A stretch of DNA of 29,906 nucleotides. Source: Alphaproteobacteria bacterium (GTDB taxonomy: Bacteria > Pseudomonadota > Alphaproteobacteria > ATCC43930 > CGMCC-115725). The stretch lies in assembly GCA_030039975.1 (NCBI GenBank), contig JASHUO010000152.1:1-29906 (forward strand). The letters are read 5' to 3'. Position numbers and translations under genes: made by a program. This document shows positions 7,801 to 15,780 of the stretch, one piece after another. The notes beneath the pieces are model-generated. The model had not been told where the DNA came from. It saw only the letters and a program-made list of their open reading frames with translations, and made no database searches. Position 1 is the first letter of the stretch, and every line of letters starts with the position of its first letter.

Positions 7801-10232
7801 GCGCCGAAGGCGAGGGTGCCGCCGGTAATGCCGGCGCCGCCGCCATCCATGATCAGGCCGGCGGGATCGGTGCCATCGCCGATCGTGAGCGTGTGCCCAG
7901 TCGCCGTGATCACGGCGCCGTCGTCGACCTTGAGCGCAAAGGCATTGGCATTGGCTGCGAGGGTGGCATTGCCGGTCTGATTGACGATATCAGTGCTCGA
8001 AGCGACGCGAATGCCGCCGCTCGAACCGGAGCCCGACTGGGTATAAGTCGCGACTTCGTAGCCATTGGTGGCGTTATAGGTCACGAAATTGTACGGATTG
8101 GTGCTGGCGCCGCCGCCGCTATCGGTGATGATCCAGACTGGCGCGATGCCATTGGTGAGCGTCGTCGACGCGCCGCTCGAGAACACTTCAACGCCGTTGG
8201 CGGCGCTTGAGCCGAGCGTGCTGCCCGTCGACGGAGCGATGAACAATGTGGCGTTGGCAGGAGCGTTGGCATTGGTATTGCCGTTGCGCGTAATGCCGTT
8301 GGTGAAGGTCACCATCGTCCCGGCGCCTCCGGTCGTGCCCGTTCCCGCATCGAGCGCGAGGGTGGCGGTGCTGCCGATAGCGAACGCGCCGAAAGTCACC
8401 GCTCCCGCAGCTCCCGCGTTGCTGTTCTCGACGGTGAGCGTGCGCTGCACGTCGGTCATCGATCCCGCGAACGCGGTGGCAAAACCGTTGGTGTCGTAGG
8501 TGCTGCCGCCGGCGAGGAAGAGGCTGCGGACCGAGTTGAAGCTGGCGCCAGCCTGGAAGGTGCCGCCGTTGAGCTCGATCTGTCCGATCTCATAGGAGGG
8601 GCCGCTGGTATTGCCCATCGCCGCGTCGCTCGACACTCGCAAGGTGCCGCTGCTGATGATGAGATCGCCGAAGAAATTCGGGTTGCTGCCGCTGGCCGGC
8701 GCCAGGATCAGCGTGCCATTGGCATTGCTCGAATTGTCCTCGATGGTGAGATCGCCTTCGCCGGTGGCATTGCTGATCCCCTCCGAGATCGCGCCGACCG
8801 AATAGAGCTGCCCCGTGAGGGTGAGCGTGTTGCCATTGAGGTTGATGTTCGCCACCTCGCCATCGACGGCGATCGGGCGGTTGGTCGAGAAGGAATTGGT
8901 GCCGGGCGATGCGGTCGCGCCGAGCTGGATCGTGCCGTTGCCCTCGGTCAGGCTGTTGAAGACGATGCCATTCGCGGCCTGAACGCCGCCGGTGATGTTG
9001 CTCAGCGAAATCGCGGGGTTGGCGGGCGACGCGGCACCGAGCGAAGCGTCGCCGGTGATGATCAGCGTGCCGGCAAGGATGGTGGTGCCGCCGGTATAGG
9101 TGTTGGTGCCGCTCAGCGTCACCGTGCCGCCGAGGTCATTGCCGAGCTGCATGACGAAGCCGGGGGCATTGGCGCCGATCGTCACCGGCCCCAGATCGAG
9201 CCCACGCAGGCCGTTGAACGAGGCGAAGCTGGTCGCTTCGTCGAAGGTCCCGGTCTCACTGCCATCGAGGGTGCCATTGGCCAGCGTCGCATTGCTGACG
9301 GTGCCGGTGATGGTGATGTTGCCGCCGCTGGGCAGGATGTAGCCGGGCAGCTGCGCAACGGTGACCGTGCCGACATTCGGCAGGGTCGTCGTGCTCGTGC
9401 CCGTGAGGTTCCATTTGGTCGCAAGCGCGATGTCGCCGGGTGAGAGATAAGGCAGGCCGAGGCCGTCATTCGCGTCACGGTAGGCGTCGGCCCAGATGAA
9501 GTCCGAATAAAAGGCCGCGGTCTTGTCGAGGCCTGGGGTCGTGGCGCCGATCGCCCCGGTGATATTCGCGGCGGTCTTGAAGAGCTTGGAGCTCTTGTTC
9601 TTGAGGATCGAGTATTCGAGCCCGCGATAGACGTCGCTGGTCATCCCCAGCAGCGATCCCGGAAGCGGCGCACCGGTGGCGAAATTGACGTTCTGCAAGA
9701 CGCCGTCATTGACCGGATAGACCAGGTTCTCCTGCTCCATCATCGCCCAGAATTGGGCGGTCGTGAGGTTGGAGAAATTGGCGATGACATTGACATAAAC
9801 ATTGGGGTCCGACGCGCCCCAGGCGGAATCGAGCAGAGCGCGGAAGGTGTGGTGGCCGTCGGTTTGATAGAGCACGCCGCCCGGACCGATCACGACCGGC
9901 TCGATATCGGTGATCAGGTCCGCGTCGAGCTGCGCCAGCGTCCCCTCGAGATTGAAAGCGGCTGTCTTGGCGTTGACCTCGGCAAAGCCGAGGTTCATCT
10001 GGGTCGCGGCCAGGGAGGCGACGGGAACGGTGTAGAGGGCGAAAGGTCCCGCCTGAATGCTGGCTGCGTCGGCGGGATTGTAGGCTTGGAACGCCGAGGC
10101 GGGCAGCTGCCCTGCGTCGCTCTCGCCGGGCCAGAGCAGGCTCACCGCCGTGAGGCAGGTGGCGAACCCGGCGCCGATAAGCGCACGACGCCGCACTCGG
10201 CCGGCATGCCGACCCTCGACAAGCACCATCAT
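4848..10232 (-). CDS. Type Va autotransporter (1794 aa): signal peptide, ParB/Srx-like domain, beta-helical passenger with autotransporter repeats, C-terminal beta-barrel
   Basis: Signal peptide RRRALIGAGFATCLTAVSLLWPGESDA. Gly/Thr/Asn/Ser-rich, Cys-free passenger with NTYTGGT repeats. Junction GTVAPGGTIGTLSINGSYTQ. Amphipathic barrel strands ending GGIRFSW with a terminal aromatic residue. GGGGGA 8 nt upstream of ATG. Confidence 0.93.
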   Translation of the reverse strand: MMVLVEGRHAGRVRRRALIGAGFATCLTAVSLLWPGESDAGQLPASAFQAYNPADAASIQAGPFALYTVPVASLAATQMNLGFAEVNAKTAAFNLEGTLAQLDADLITDIEPVVIGPGGVLYQTDGHHTFRALLDSAWGASDPNVYVNVIANFSNLTTAQFWAMMEQENLVYPVNDGVLQNVNFATGAPLPGSLLGMTSDVYRGLEYSILKNKSSKLFKTAANITGAIGATTPGLDKTAAFYSDFIWADAYRDANDGLGLPYLSPGDIALATKWNLTGTSTTTLPNVGTVTVAQLPGYILPSGGNITITGTVSNATLANGTLDGSETGTFDEATSFASFNGLRGLDLGPVTIGANAPGFVMQLGNDLGGTVTLSGTNTYTGGTTILAGTLIITGDASLGAASPANPAISLSNITGGVQAANGIVFNSLTEGNGTIQLGATASPGTNSFSTNRPIAVDGEVANINLNGNTLTLTGQLYSVGAISEGISNATGEGDLTIEDNSSNANGTLILAPASGSNPNFFGDLIISSGTLRVSSDAAMGNTSGPSYEIGQIELNGGTFQAGASFNSVRSLFLAGGSTYDTNGFATAFAGSMTDVQRTLTVENSNAGAAGAVTFGAFAIGSTATLALDAGTGTTGGAGTMVTFTNGITRNGNTNANAPANATLFIAPSTGSTLGSSAANGVEVFSSGASTTLTNGIAPVWIITDSGGGASTNPYNFVTYNATNGYEVATYTQSGSGSSGGIRVASSTDIVNQTGNATLAANANAFALKVDDGAVITATGHTLTIGDGTDPAGLIMDGGGAGITGGTLAFGASEAVIDAKGSSTISSTITGTGGLTLAGSGTLTLSGPSGPSGPVVIDSGQLTLTTANYFPTTGAGTNLWLSNVKKSPSPAILAFNQSQTIAELNSDGNNSYILIDSTGSSGGSTTTQLTVGDATDQVLSSSIIQASTTSNTSNPITPAGTAVAGIITKVGSGLLDISGASVSLVTGSTVIVNDGALRIGNGVFSTTSTNGIVLNNDSELQYSGNAGSVFNNPISGNGVFHVLAGTVQLTGTNTYTGGTVVESGAVLDTTTANLPSGGNIINAGGTVVFDQNTNGTFTGVISDGQASGGPNNPNSIAALASGAMLSGSLIKDDSSSNAITASNSNLTLGAVQTYSGSTTVEAGTLTLGVANAIANSSGVDLGRVGGAITTGGVAQTATLALGANNLINGLSSEAANATFVQLNSYALTVNEAGGNVSTFGGAISDSGGAGTLVKQGTGMLVLNGTSSVGNTTVGAGTLAIGDINNPGASLTSTVAVGSAGTLIGHGTVIGAVANNGTVAPGGTIGTLSINGSYTQAPSATLAIELNPTTSSTLAVSGTPGKASLAGTLSLLLDAGSYARGTSYTVLTASGGVSGSFGTVTSTNASLVFTPVYEPDAVDLTLSSFAYVTQNAGEQTWANAFNNAPVGSPLATLGNVIGNLPASEQAQAIAQAASHATTATTAATVTSMQAIQGVLSGRATGATPQLPGPQSAAADPAADASAPLGPFTMWTQGLGEFGTVQGDSNAPGFSSSVGGIAAGLEAPVDIQTRVGVALGYISSSISVTGMPQNGSLDAWAAGLYAGRRVGGFLFDGNLAAAYDRSTTMRVNSLTDGSTSNGSADGYAVGLGAGVSHPLRLAYRIVLEPRFGFDYDHDHQVGFTEAGGNFNDLQIAPSDMDTLRTTLGTRLSRGFVVGDGGEELVPALSVGWGHEWLDAAPKLVEDGVTTLGVNPGRDAALLGTEVSYNPRAALSLYLRYDATLSERETDQAVRGGIRFSW
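4851..5660 (-). other. Autotransporter beta-barrel domain
   Basis: About 270 aa from FTMWTQGLGEF to RFSW, with typical strands (GVALGY, LEPRFGFDY, LRTTLGTRL, PALSVGWGHEW, LYLRYD). Confidence 0.9.
6735..9128 (-). repeat. Passenger-associated beta-strand repeats (PATR-like), protein level
   Basis: GTVTLSGTNTYTGGTTILAGTLII (9128-9057), GTVQLTGTNTYTGGTVVESGAVL (7103-7035), LTLGAVQTYSGSTTVEAGTLTL (6800-6735), plus degenerate copies. Confidence 0.8.
9477..10034 (-). other. ParB-like nuclease/ParBc_2 (PF08857-type) domain, residues ~67-252 of the autotransporter
   Basis: Ordered motifs LAATQMNLGFAEV, PVVIGPGGVLYQTDGHHTFRAL, ANFSNLTTAQFWAMM, DVYRGL, FYSDFIWADAYR correspond to the recalled family motifs LxPTQxxVGxxEV, PVVxGPGGxxYxxDHHHxxRAL, DLSxLxxxxFWxxM, DDPYRSL, FxEFxWAxxxR. 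Confidence 0.82.
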
Positions 10233-10360
10233 GTTGTTATTTCCCCCGGGCGATCAATCGCGGCCGGAGCGTTTCCCGACCTTGGGTTGAATATTACCGA
10301 GAGAAATGTCGCGATTTCGCGATAAGTCCGTGACGGTGTTGTTACCGAATTGCGGTTGCC

Positions 10361-11617
10361 TCAGCTCTTCTGCAGCTGATCGAGCCGGAACAGCGCCGGG
10401 AAGAAGCGGAGCCACAGCAGCGCCACCAGGATAGTGCCGACGCCGCCGAGCAAGGTCGCCGGCACGGTGCCGAAGAGAGCGGCGGTGGCGCCGCTCTCGA
10501 ATTCGCCCAAAGAGTTCGAGGCGCCAATGAACATGGAATTGACGGCGCTGACACGGCCGCGAAGCGCGTCGGGCGTCTCGATTTGCACCAGCGAGAAGCG
10601 AATGACGACGCTCACGGAATCGGCGGCGCCGAGAGCGGCGAGCGCTGCCAGCGACAGCGGAAACGAGGTCGAGAGCGCGAAGACGCAGGTGGCGACGCCG
10701 AAGGCGATGACGGCGATGAAGAGCTTGCGGCCGACACGGCCGCCGAGGGGCCGGCGCGCCAGCACCAGCGAGGCGGCGAGCGCCCCCAGGGCCGGCGCCG
10801 AACGCAGCAGGCCCAAGCCCCAGGGCCCGGTCCGGAGAATGTCGCGGGCATAGATCGGCAGCAGTGCCGTGGCGCCACCCAGGAGCACGGCGAAGAGATC
10901 GAGTGAGATCGCCCCCATCAGCGCCGGATGGCGGCGAACGAAAGCGACCCCGCCAAACAGCGAAGCAAGGCTCGGCCGCTCGCGCGCCGGCGCGGGCCGG
11001 GCAATGCGGATCGCGGAGATGAGCAGGCTCGCCGCGATGAAGCCGGCGGCGGCGAGGGCGTAGACGAGGCCGGGGCCCAAGGCATAAGCAAGCCCGCCCA
11101 GTGCCGGCCCCAGGATGATCGCGGTCTGGTTCGACGAGGCCGAAGCGGCGGCGGCGCGCGGAATGAGCTGCGGCGGCACGAGTTGCGGCATCAGCGCGTG
11201 CATGGTCGGCAGCTCGGAAGCACGCGCCGCGCCGATGACGAAGATCGCGGCGAAGAGCGCGCCTACCGTCAAGCCGCCGAAAAAGCTGGCGAGCGCCAGC
11301 GCCAGGGTGGCGAGCGCCTCGACGGCCATGCAGATCCGCAGAATGAGGCGGCGGTCATAGTGGTCGGCGATGTGGCCAACGAGCAGCGAGAGCGCGAAGC
11401 CCGGAATGAATTGCGCGAGCCCGACCAGGCCCAGATCGAGCGCGCTGCCGGTGAGGTCGTAGACCTGCCAGCCGATCGCCACCGCTTGCATCTGGAAGGC
11501 CAGCGTCGTCGCCACCCGCCCCCACCAGAAGAAAGCAAAAGGGCCGTGGCGCAGGCCCCCTGCCCTGCCCGCCTCCGCAGCGGAGGAGAAACGTGCTTCT
11601 TCCTCCGACCTGGGAAT
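10361..11617 (-). CDS. MFS transporter (MFS_3/EntS-like); start uncertain (ATT 11617, CTG 11554 or GTG 11515)
   Basis: About 12 hydrophobic segments; loop motif GHIADHYDRR. The family-like N-terminus LRHGPFAFFWWGRVATTLAFQMQAVAIGWQVYDLT extends upstream of the first GTG. Confidence 0.88.
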   Translation of the reverse strand: MPRSEEEARFSSAAEAGRAGGLRHGPFAFFWWGRVATTLAFQMQAVAIGWQVYDLTGSALDLGLVGLAQFIPGFALSLLVGHIADHYDRRLILRICMAVEALATLALALASFFGGLTVGALFAAIFVIGAARASELPTMHALMPQLVPPQLIPRAAAASASSNQTAIILGPALGGLAYALGPGLVYALAAAGFIAASLLISAIRIARPAPARERPSLASLFGGVAFVRRHPALMGAISLDLFAVLLGGATALLPIYARDILRTGPWGLGLLRSAPALGALAASLVLARRPLGGRVGRKLFIAVIAFGVATCVFALSTSFPLSLAALAALGAADSVSVVIRFSLVQIETPDALRGRVSAVNSMFIGASNSLGEFESGATAALFGTVPATLLGGVGTILVALLWLRFFPALFRLDQLQKS

Positions 11618-11620
11618 TTC

Positions 11621-12913
11621 TCAGTCCTCGAAGGGATCGCGCACGAGCACGGTGTCGTCGCGCTCGGGGCTGGTGGAGAATAGCGCCACCGGCGCCTCTA
11701 TGAGTTCCTCGATGCGGCGGATGTATTTGATCGCGAAGGCGTTGAGCTGCGCCCAGGAGCGCGCGCCGCGCGTGCTCTCGCTCCAGCCCTCGACGGTCTC
11801 GTAGACCGGCTCGAGCTCGGCCTGGACCGCGGCGCTGGCGGGCAGGTGATGCAGCAGCTCGCCGCGCCAGCGATAGGCGGTGCAGACCTTGAGCTCGGGC
11901 AGCCCGTCGAGCACATCGAGCTTGGTGAGCGCGATGCCGGTGATGCCGGCAACCTTCACCGCCTGGCGCACCATCACCGCGTCGAACCAGCCGCAGCGGC
12001 GCTTGCGTCCGGTGACGACGCCAAACTCCTTGCCGCGCGCGCCAAGCTGCTCGCCGATCGCGTCCCTCAGCTCGGTCGGGAACGGGCCGCTGCCGACGCG
12101 TGTCGTGTAGGCCTTGGTGATGCCGAGGACATAGCCCACCGCACCCGGTCCCATCCCCGCCCCCGACGCCGCCGTGCCGGGATGCGTGTTGGAGGAGGTG
12201 ACATAAGGATAGGTCCCGTGATCGACGTCGAGCATCACGCCCTGGGCGCCTTCGAAGAGGATGCGCTTGCCGGCGCGGCGCGCCTCGTCGAGACGCTGCC
12301 AGACGGTGTCGGCGAAGGGCAGCACCTGAGGCGCGATCTTGAGCAGCGCCTGGAACAGCGGCGTGCGCTCGACCTCGGGCGCGCCTAAGGCGCGCAGCAA
12401 GGCGTTGTGATGCAGCAGGAGCTGGTCCAGCTTCTCGCTAAGGCTGGCCGGGTCGGCGAGATCGCAGAGGCGAATGGCGCGGCGGCCGACCTTGTCCTCA
12501 TAGGCGGGCCCGATGCCACGGCCGGTGGTGCCGATCTTCTTCTCGCCTTGCGCCGCCTCGCGCGCCCGGTCGATCTGCGCGTGAGAGGGCAGAATGAGCG
12601 TCGCATTCTCGGCGATCTTGAGATTGTCGGGGGTGACGGTGATGCCCTTCTCGCGCATCTGCTCGATCTCCTGGAGCAGCGCCCAGGGATCGATGACGAC
12701 GCCATTGCCGATGATCGAGAGCTTGTCCGGGCGCACCACGCCCGACGGCAACAGGCTGAGGCGATACTCGACATTGCCGATCACCAGCGTGTGGCCGGCA
12801 TTGTGGCCGCCCTGGAAGCGCACGACGACATCGGCGCGCTGCGACAGCCAGTCGACGATCTTGCCCTTGCCCTCGTCACCCCATTGGGCGCCGACCACCG
12901 CGACGTTTGCCAT
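11621..12913 (-). CDS. purA: Adenylosuccinate synthetase
   Basis: [54 protein letters not shown]. Confidence 0.98.
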   Translation of the reverse strand: MANVAVVGAQWGDEGKGKIVDWLSQRADVVVRFQGGHNAGHTLVIGNVEYRLSLLPSGVVRPDKLSIIGNGVVIDPWALLQEIEQMREKGITVTPDNLKIAENATLILPSHAQIDRAREAAQGEKKIGTTGRGIGPAYEDKVGRRAIRLCDLADPASLSEKLDQLLLHHNALLRALGAPEVERTPLFQALLKIAPQVLPFADTVWQRLDEARRAGKRILFEGAQGVMLDVDHGTYPYVTSSNTHPGTAASGAGMGPGAVGYVLGITKAYTTRVGSGPFPTELRDAIGEQLGARGKEFGVVTGRKRRCGWFDAVMVRQAVKVAGITGIALTKLDVLDGLPELKVCTAYRWRGELLHHLPASAAVQAELEPVYETVEGWSESTRGARSWAQLNAFAIKYIRRIEELIEAPVALFSTSPERDDTVLVRDPFED

Positions 12914-12937
12914 GTTCCGATCAGCTCCTGCGCCGCC

Positions 12938-14077
12938 TCATGGAATGGCGACGATCTCCGTGTCCTTGAGCCAATGGGCGCAGGCGAGCCGCTTCGCCTC
13001 CGCCGCTGCGTCCGTCACCGCCACCAGCCCCGCCACCGTCGCCCAGCCCTCGGCTCTGAGCCGCGCCGCCAGCGCCGGATCGCTGCCCAAGGGCAGATAG
13101 AGGCGCGGCTTCGGCTGCGGCTGCGGCACGGCGCGCAGCACGGTATCGGTATAAAGGGTGAAGCCGGTGGCCGGTTCGCCAGCGCCATTGCCGGTTCGAT
13201 ACTGCCCGCCCCGTCCGAGCTCGCCGCGCCCGCCGCGGGCGAACAGCGCGAAGCTGACGCCGGTATGATATTCGAAGCCGCGATTCTCGACGGGATCGAT
13301 GGTCAGAACCAAGCCCGGCGCGGCGCGCTGCACCGCGTCCACCACCGCCAGGAGGCGTGCCCGCTCGGCCGCCGCCGCGGGCGGCAGGTCGATCGCCTGC
13401 AGCGCAGCAACCGCCTTCTTGCCAGCGCCGGCGGCGGCGACCAGCTTCACCAGCAGCGGCGCCGCCGCGCCGCCGGCTTCGGCCACGCCCGCCACATCCT
13501 TGTGGTCGAGCGCCCCGCGCAGCGCATCGGCGGTGCCTCCGCCGAATCCGGCGCAGACCGCGGGCACCAGGGTAGGAAGCGTGAGGTCGACCGAAAGACC
13601 GCTGACCCCGCTGGCCGCGAGCGCCGCCGCCGCCAGGGTTACGACTTCGACATCGGCGGCGACCTCGTCGGAGCCGATGAGCTCGGCGCCGACCTGGCCG
13701 ACCTGCCGCTCGGGTCGCATCTCGCTGCCTTTGACCCGCAGGACCTGGCCGGCATAGCAGAGCCGCAAGGGGCGCGGCACCTTCTTGAGCCGGGTGGTGG
13801 CGATGCGCGCCACCTGCGGCGTCATGTCGGCGCGGACGCCGACCATGCGCTGCGAGATCGGGTCCATCAGGCGGAAGGTCTCGGGCGCCATGGCGGCCCC
13901 GGCGCCGGCGAGAAGATTGTCCTCGAACTCGACCAGCGGCGGCTTCACCCGCTCATAGCCATGGCTCGCCAGCACCGCCATCTGGCGGCCGACGATCTCG
14001 GCCTCGATGGCGGCATCGGGGGGCAGCAGATCGCGCAGGCCCTGCGGCAACAGCGCCGGATGAAGCATCTCCATCAT
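12938..14077 (-). CDS. hisZ: ATP phosphoribosyltransferase regulatory subunit
   Basis: HisRS-like fold: LLPQGLRDLLP, RADMTPQVARI, RLCYAGQV, QVGAELIG, GFEYHTG, GRGGQY, PATGF; adjacent to purA. Confidence 0.94.
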   Translation of the reverse strand: MMEMLHPALLPQGLRDLLPPDAAIEAEIVGRQMAVLASHGYERVKPPLVEFEDNLLAGAGAAMAPETFRLMDPISQRMVGVRADMTPQVARIATTRLKKVPRPLRLCYAGQVLRVKGSEMRPERQVGQVGAELIGSDEVAADVEVVTLAAAALAASGVSGLSVDLTLPTLVPAVCAGFGGGTADALRGALDHKDVAGVAEAGGAAAPLLVKLVAAAGAGKKAVAALQAIDLPPAAAAERARLLAVVDAVQRAAPGLVLTIDPVENRGFEYHTGVSFALFARGGRGELGRGGQYRTGNGAGEPATGFTLYTDTVLRAVPQPQPKPRLYLPLGSDPALAARLRAEGWATVAGLVAVTDAAAEAKRLACAHWLKDTEIVAIP

Positions 14078-14083
14078 GCCGCC

Positions 14084-14112
14084 GGGATAGCGGTTTTAGG
14101 CCGGAGCGGCAA
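14084..14112 (-). promoter_or_regulatory. Candidate promoter for a leaderless hisZ (TTGCCG-N17-TATCCC-N6-ATG)
   Basis: -35 at 14112-14107, -10 at 14089-14084, ATG at 14077; no Shine-Dalgarno sequence. Confidence 0.4.
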
Positions 14113-14205
14113 ACGGAATTGTGACAAATTTCCTGCCGTGCGGGCTTTCGCGGTGGCAAGAGCAATCGCTGACGCCCGTCCAGCGGCGACGCCTGCGGCG
14201 TCACG

Positions 14206-15780
14206 CTAGAATCGCATTGCGCGCGCCTGGACCACGTTGGGCAGCGCCCGTACGCATTCGAGGACGTCGTCGGAGAGCGCCTCGTCGACTTCGACCAGGC
14301 AGATCGCGTCCTCGCCCGGGGCCGAGCGGCCGAGATGGAGCGTCGCGATGTTGATTCCGGCCTCGCCCATGGTGCGGCCGAGATTGCCGATGAAGCCCGG
14401 CTTGTCCTTGTTGCGCACGAACAGCATGTACTCGCCGAGCTCGGCTTCCAAAGCGATGCCCTCGATATCGACGATGCGCGGCTCGTCGCCGAAGAGCGTG
14501 CCGGCGAGGCTGCGCGTAAAGCGCTCGGTCGAAACCGTGACGCGGATCAAGGTCTGATAGTTGGAGAGCGAGGGAACGCGCGTCTCGCTGACGCGGATAT
14601 CGCGCTCGCGGCAGATGACGGCCGCATTCACCATGTTCACGGTGTCGAGCTGCGGCGCCAGGATGGCGGTGAGGATGACGGCGGTGAGCGGATTGACGTT
14701 GAGCTCGGCGGCGTGGCCCTCATAGGCGATATCGACGCCCTTGAGCTCATAGGTCGTGAGCTGGCCGGCAAAGCTGCCGAGCTGTTGCGCGAGCTTCACA
14801 TAGGGTTTGAGCCGGACCGCTTCCTCGGCGGTCAGCGACGGCATGTTGAGCGCGTTCACCACCGCGCCGGTGGTGAGATAATCGGACATCTGCTCCGCGA
14901 TCTGCAGCGCCACATTCTCCTGTGCTTCGGTCGTGGCGGCGCCGAGATGGGGCGTCGCGACGACATTGTCGCGGCCGAAGAACGGGCTCTCCTTAGCCGG
15001 TTCGACGGGAAAGACGTCGATCGCCGCGCCCGCGACATGGCCGCTGTCGAGCGCCGCCTTCAGATCCTCCTCGACGATGAGGCCGCCGCGCGCGCAGTTG
15101 ATGAGGCGCACGCCTTTCTTGGTGCGCGCCAGCGCCTTGGCGTCGATGATATTGCGCGTCGCTTCGGTCAGGGGCGTGTGCAGCGTGATGAAGTCGGCGC
15201 GCGCCAGCAGCTCGTTGAGCTCGACCTTCTCGACGCCCAGCGACACGGCGCGCTCGGTCGAGAGGAAGGGATCATAGGCCAGCACCTTCATCTTGAGGCC
15301 GACGGCGCGGTCGGCGACGATCGAGCCGATATTGCCGCAACCGATGATGCCGAGCACCTTGCTGGTGAGCTCGACGCCCATGAAGCGCGATTTCTCCCAT
15401 TTGCCCGCCTGGGTCGAGCGGTCGGCGGCCGGGATCTGGCGCGCCAGCGCAAACATCAGGGCGATGGCGTGCTCGGCCGCGGTGATGGAATTGCCGAAGG
15501 GCGTGTTCATCACCACGATGCCGCGCTGCGTCGCCGCGGGAACGTCGATATTGTCGACGCCGATGCCGGCGCGGCCAATCACCTTGAGGTTGGTGGCGTG
15601 CTCCAGCAGCGCTTTCGTTACCTTGGTGGCCGAGCGCACGGCGAGGCCGTCATACGTGCCGATGATCTTCTTGAGCTCATCGGCGCTGAGCCCGGTCTTC
15701 ACGTCGGCGTCGACACCGCGCTCGGCGAAAATCTCCACGGCACGCGGCGACAATGCATCTGAAATCAAGACTCTCGGCAT
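14206..15780 (-). CDS. serA: D-3-phosphoglycerate dehydrogenase (524 aa, with ASB/ACT regulatory domains)
   Basis: RSATKVT, RAGIGVDN, GIIGCGNIG, NCARGG, TPHLGA, C-terminal NKDKPGFIG ACT domain; start placed at MPRVLISD (15780). Confidence 0.96.
   Translation of the reverse strand: MPRVLISDALSPRAVEIFAERGVDADVKTGLSADELKKIIGTYDGLAVRSATKVTKALLEHATNLKVIGRAGIGVDNIDVPAATQRGIVVMNTPFGNSITAAEHAIALMFALARQIPAADRSTQAGKWEKSRFMGVELTSKVLGIIGCGNIGSIVADRAVGLKMKVLAYDPFLSTERAVSLGVEKVELNELLARADFITLHTPLTEATRNIIDAKALARTKKGVRLINCARGGLIVEEDLKAALDSGHVAGAAIDVFPVEPAKESPFFGRDNVVATPHLGAATTEAQENVALQIAEQMSDYLTTGAVVNALNMPSLTAEEAVRLKPYVKLAQQLGSFAGQLTTYELKGVDIAYEGHAAELNVNPLTAVILTAILAPQLDTVNMVNAAVICRERDIRVSETRVPSLSNYQTLIRVTVSTERFTRSLAGTLFGDEPRIVDIEGIALEAELGEYMLFVRNKDKPGFIGNLGRTMGEAGINIATLHLGRSAPGEDAICLVEVDEALSDDVLECVRALPNVVQARAMRF

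Noticed and set aside
10294-10348. TTACCGA direct repeat (10294-10300, 10342-10348) and TCGCGA pair upstream of the autotransporter
   Set aside because: Too short to distinguish from chance; no recognisable regulator consensus.
11582-11623. In-frame TGA plus downstream hairpin as selenocysteine readthrough giving a PurA-MFS fusion
   Set aside because: PurA ends at its normal C-terminus (RDPFED), the hairpin loop does not resemble a bacterial SECIS, and the position is not a Cys-equivalent site; separate initiation is simpler.
14188-14202. Hairpin GACGCC-TGC-GGCGTC just after the serA stop as an intrinsic terminator
   Set aside because: Only 6 bp with a 3-nt loop and no U tract.
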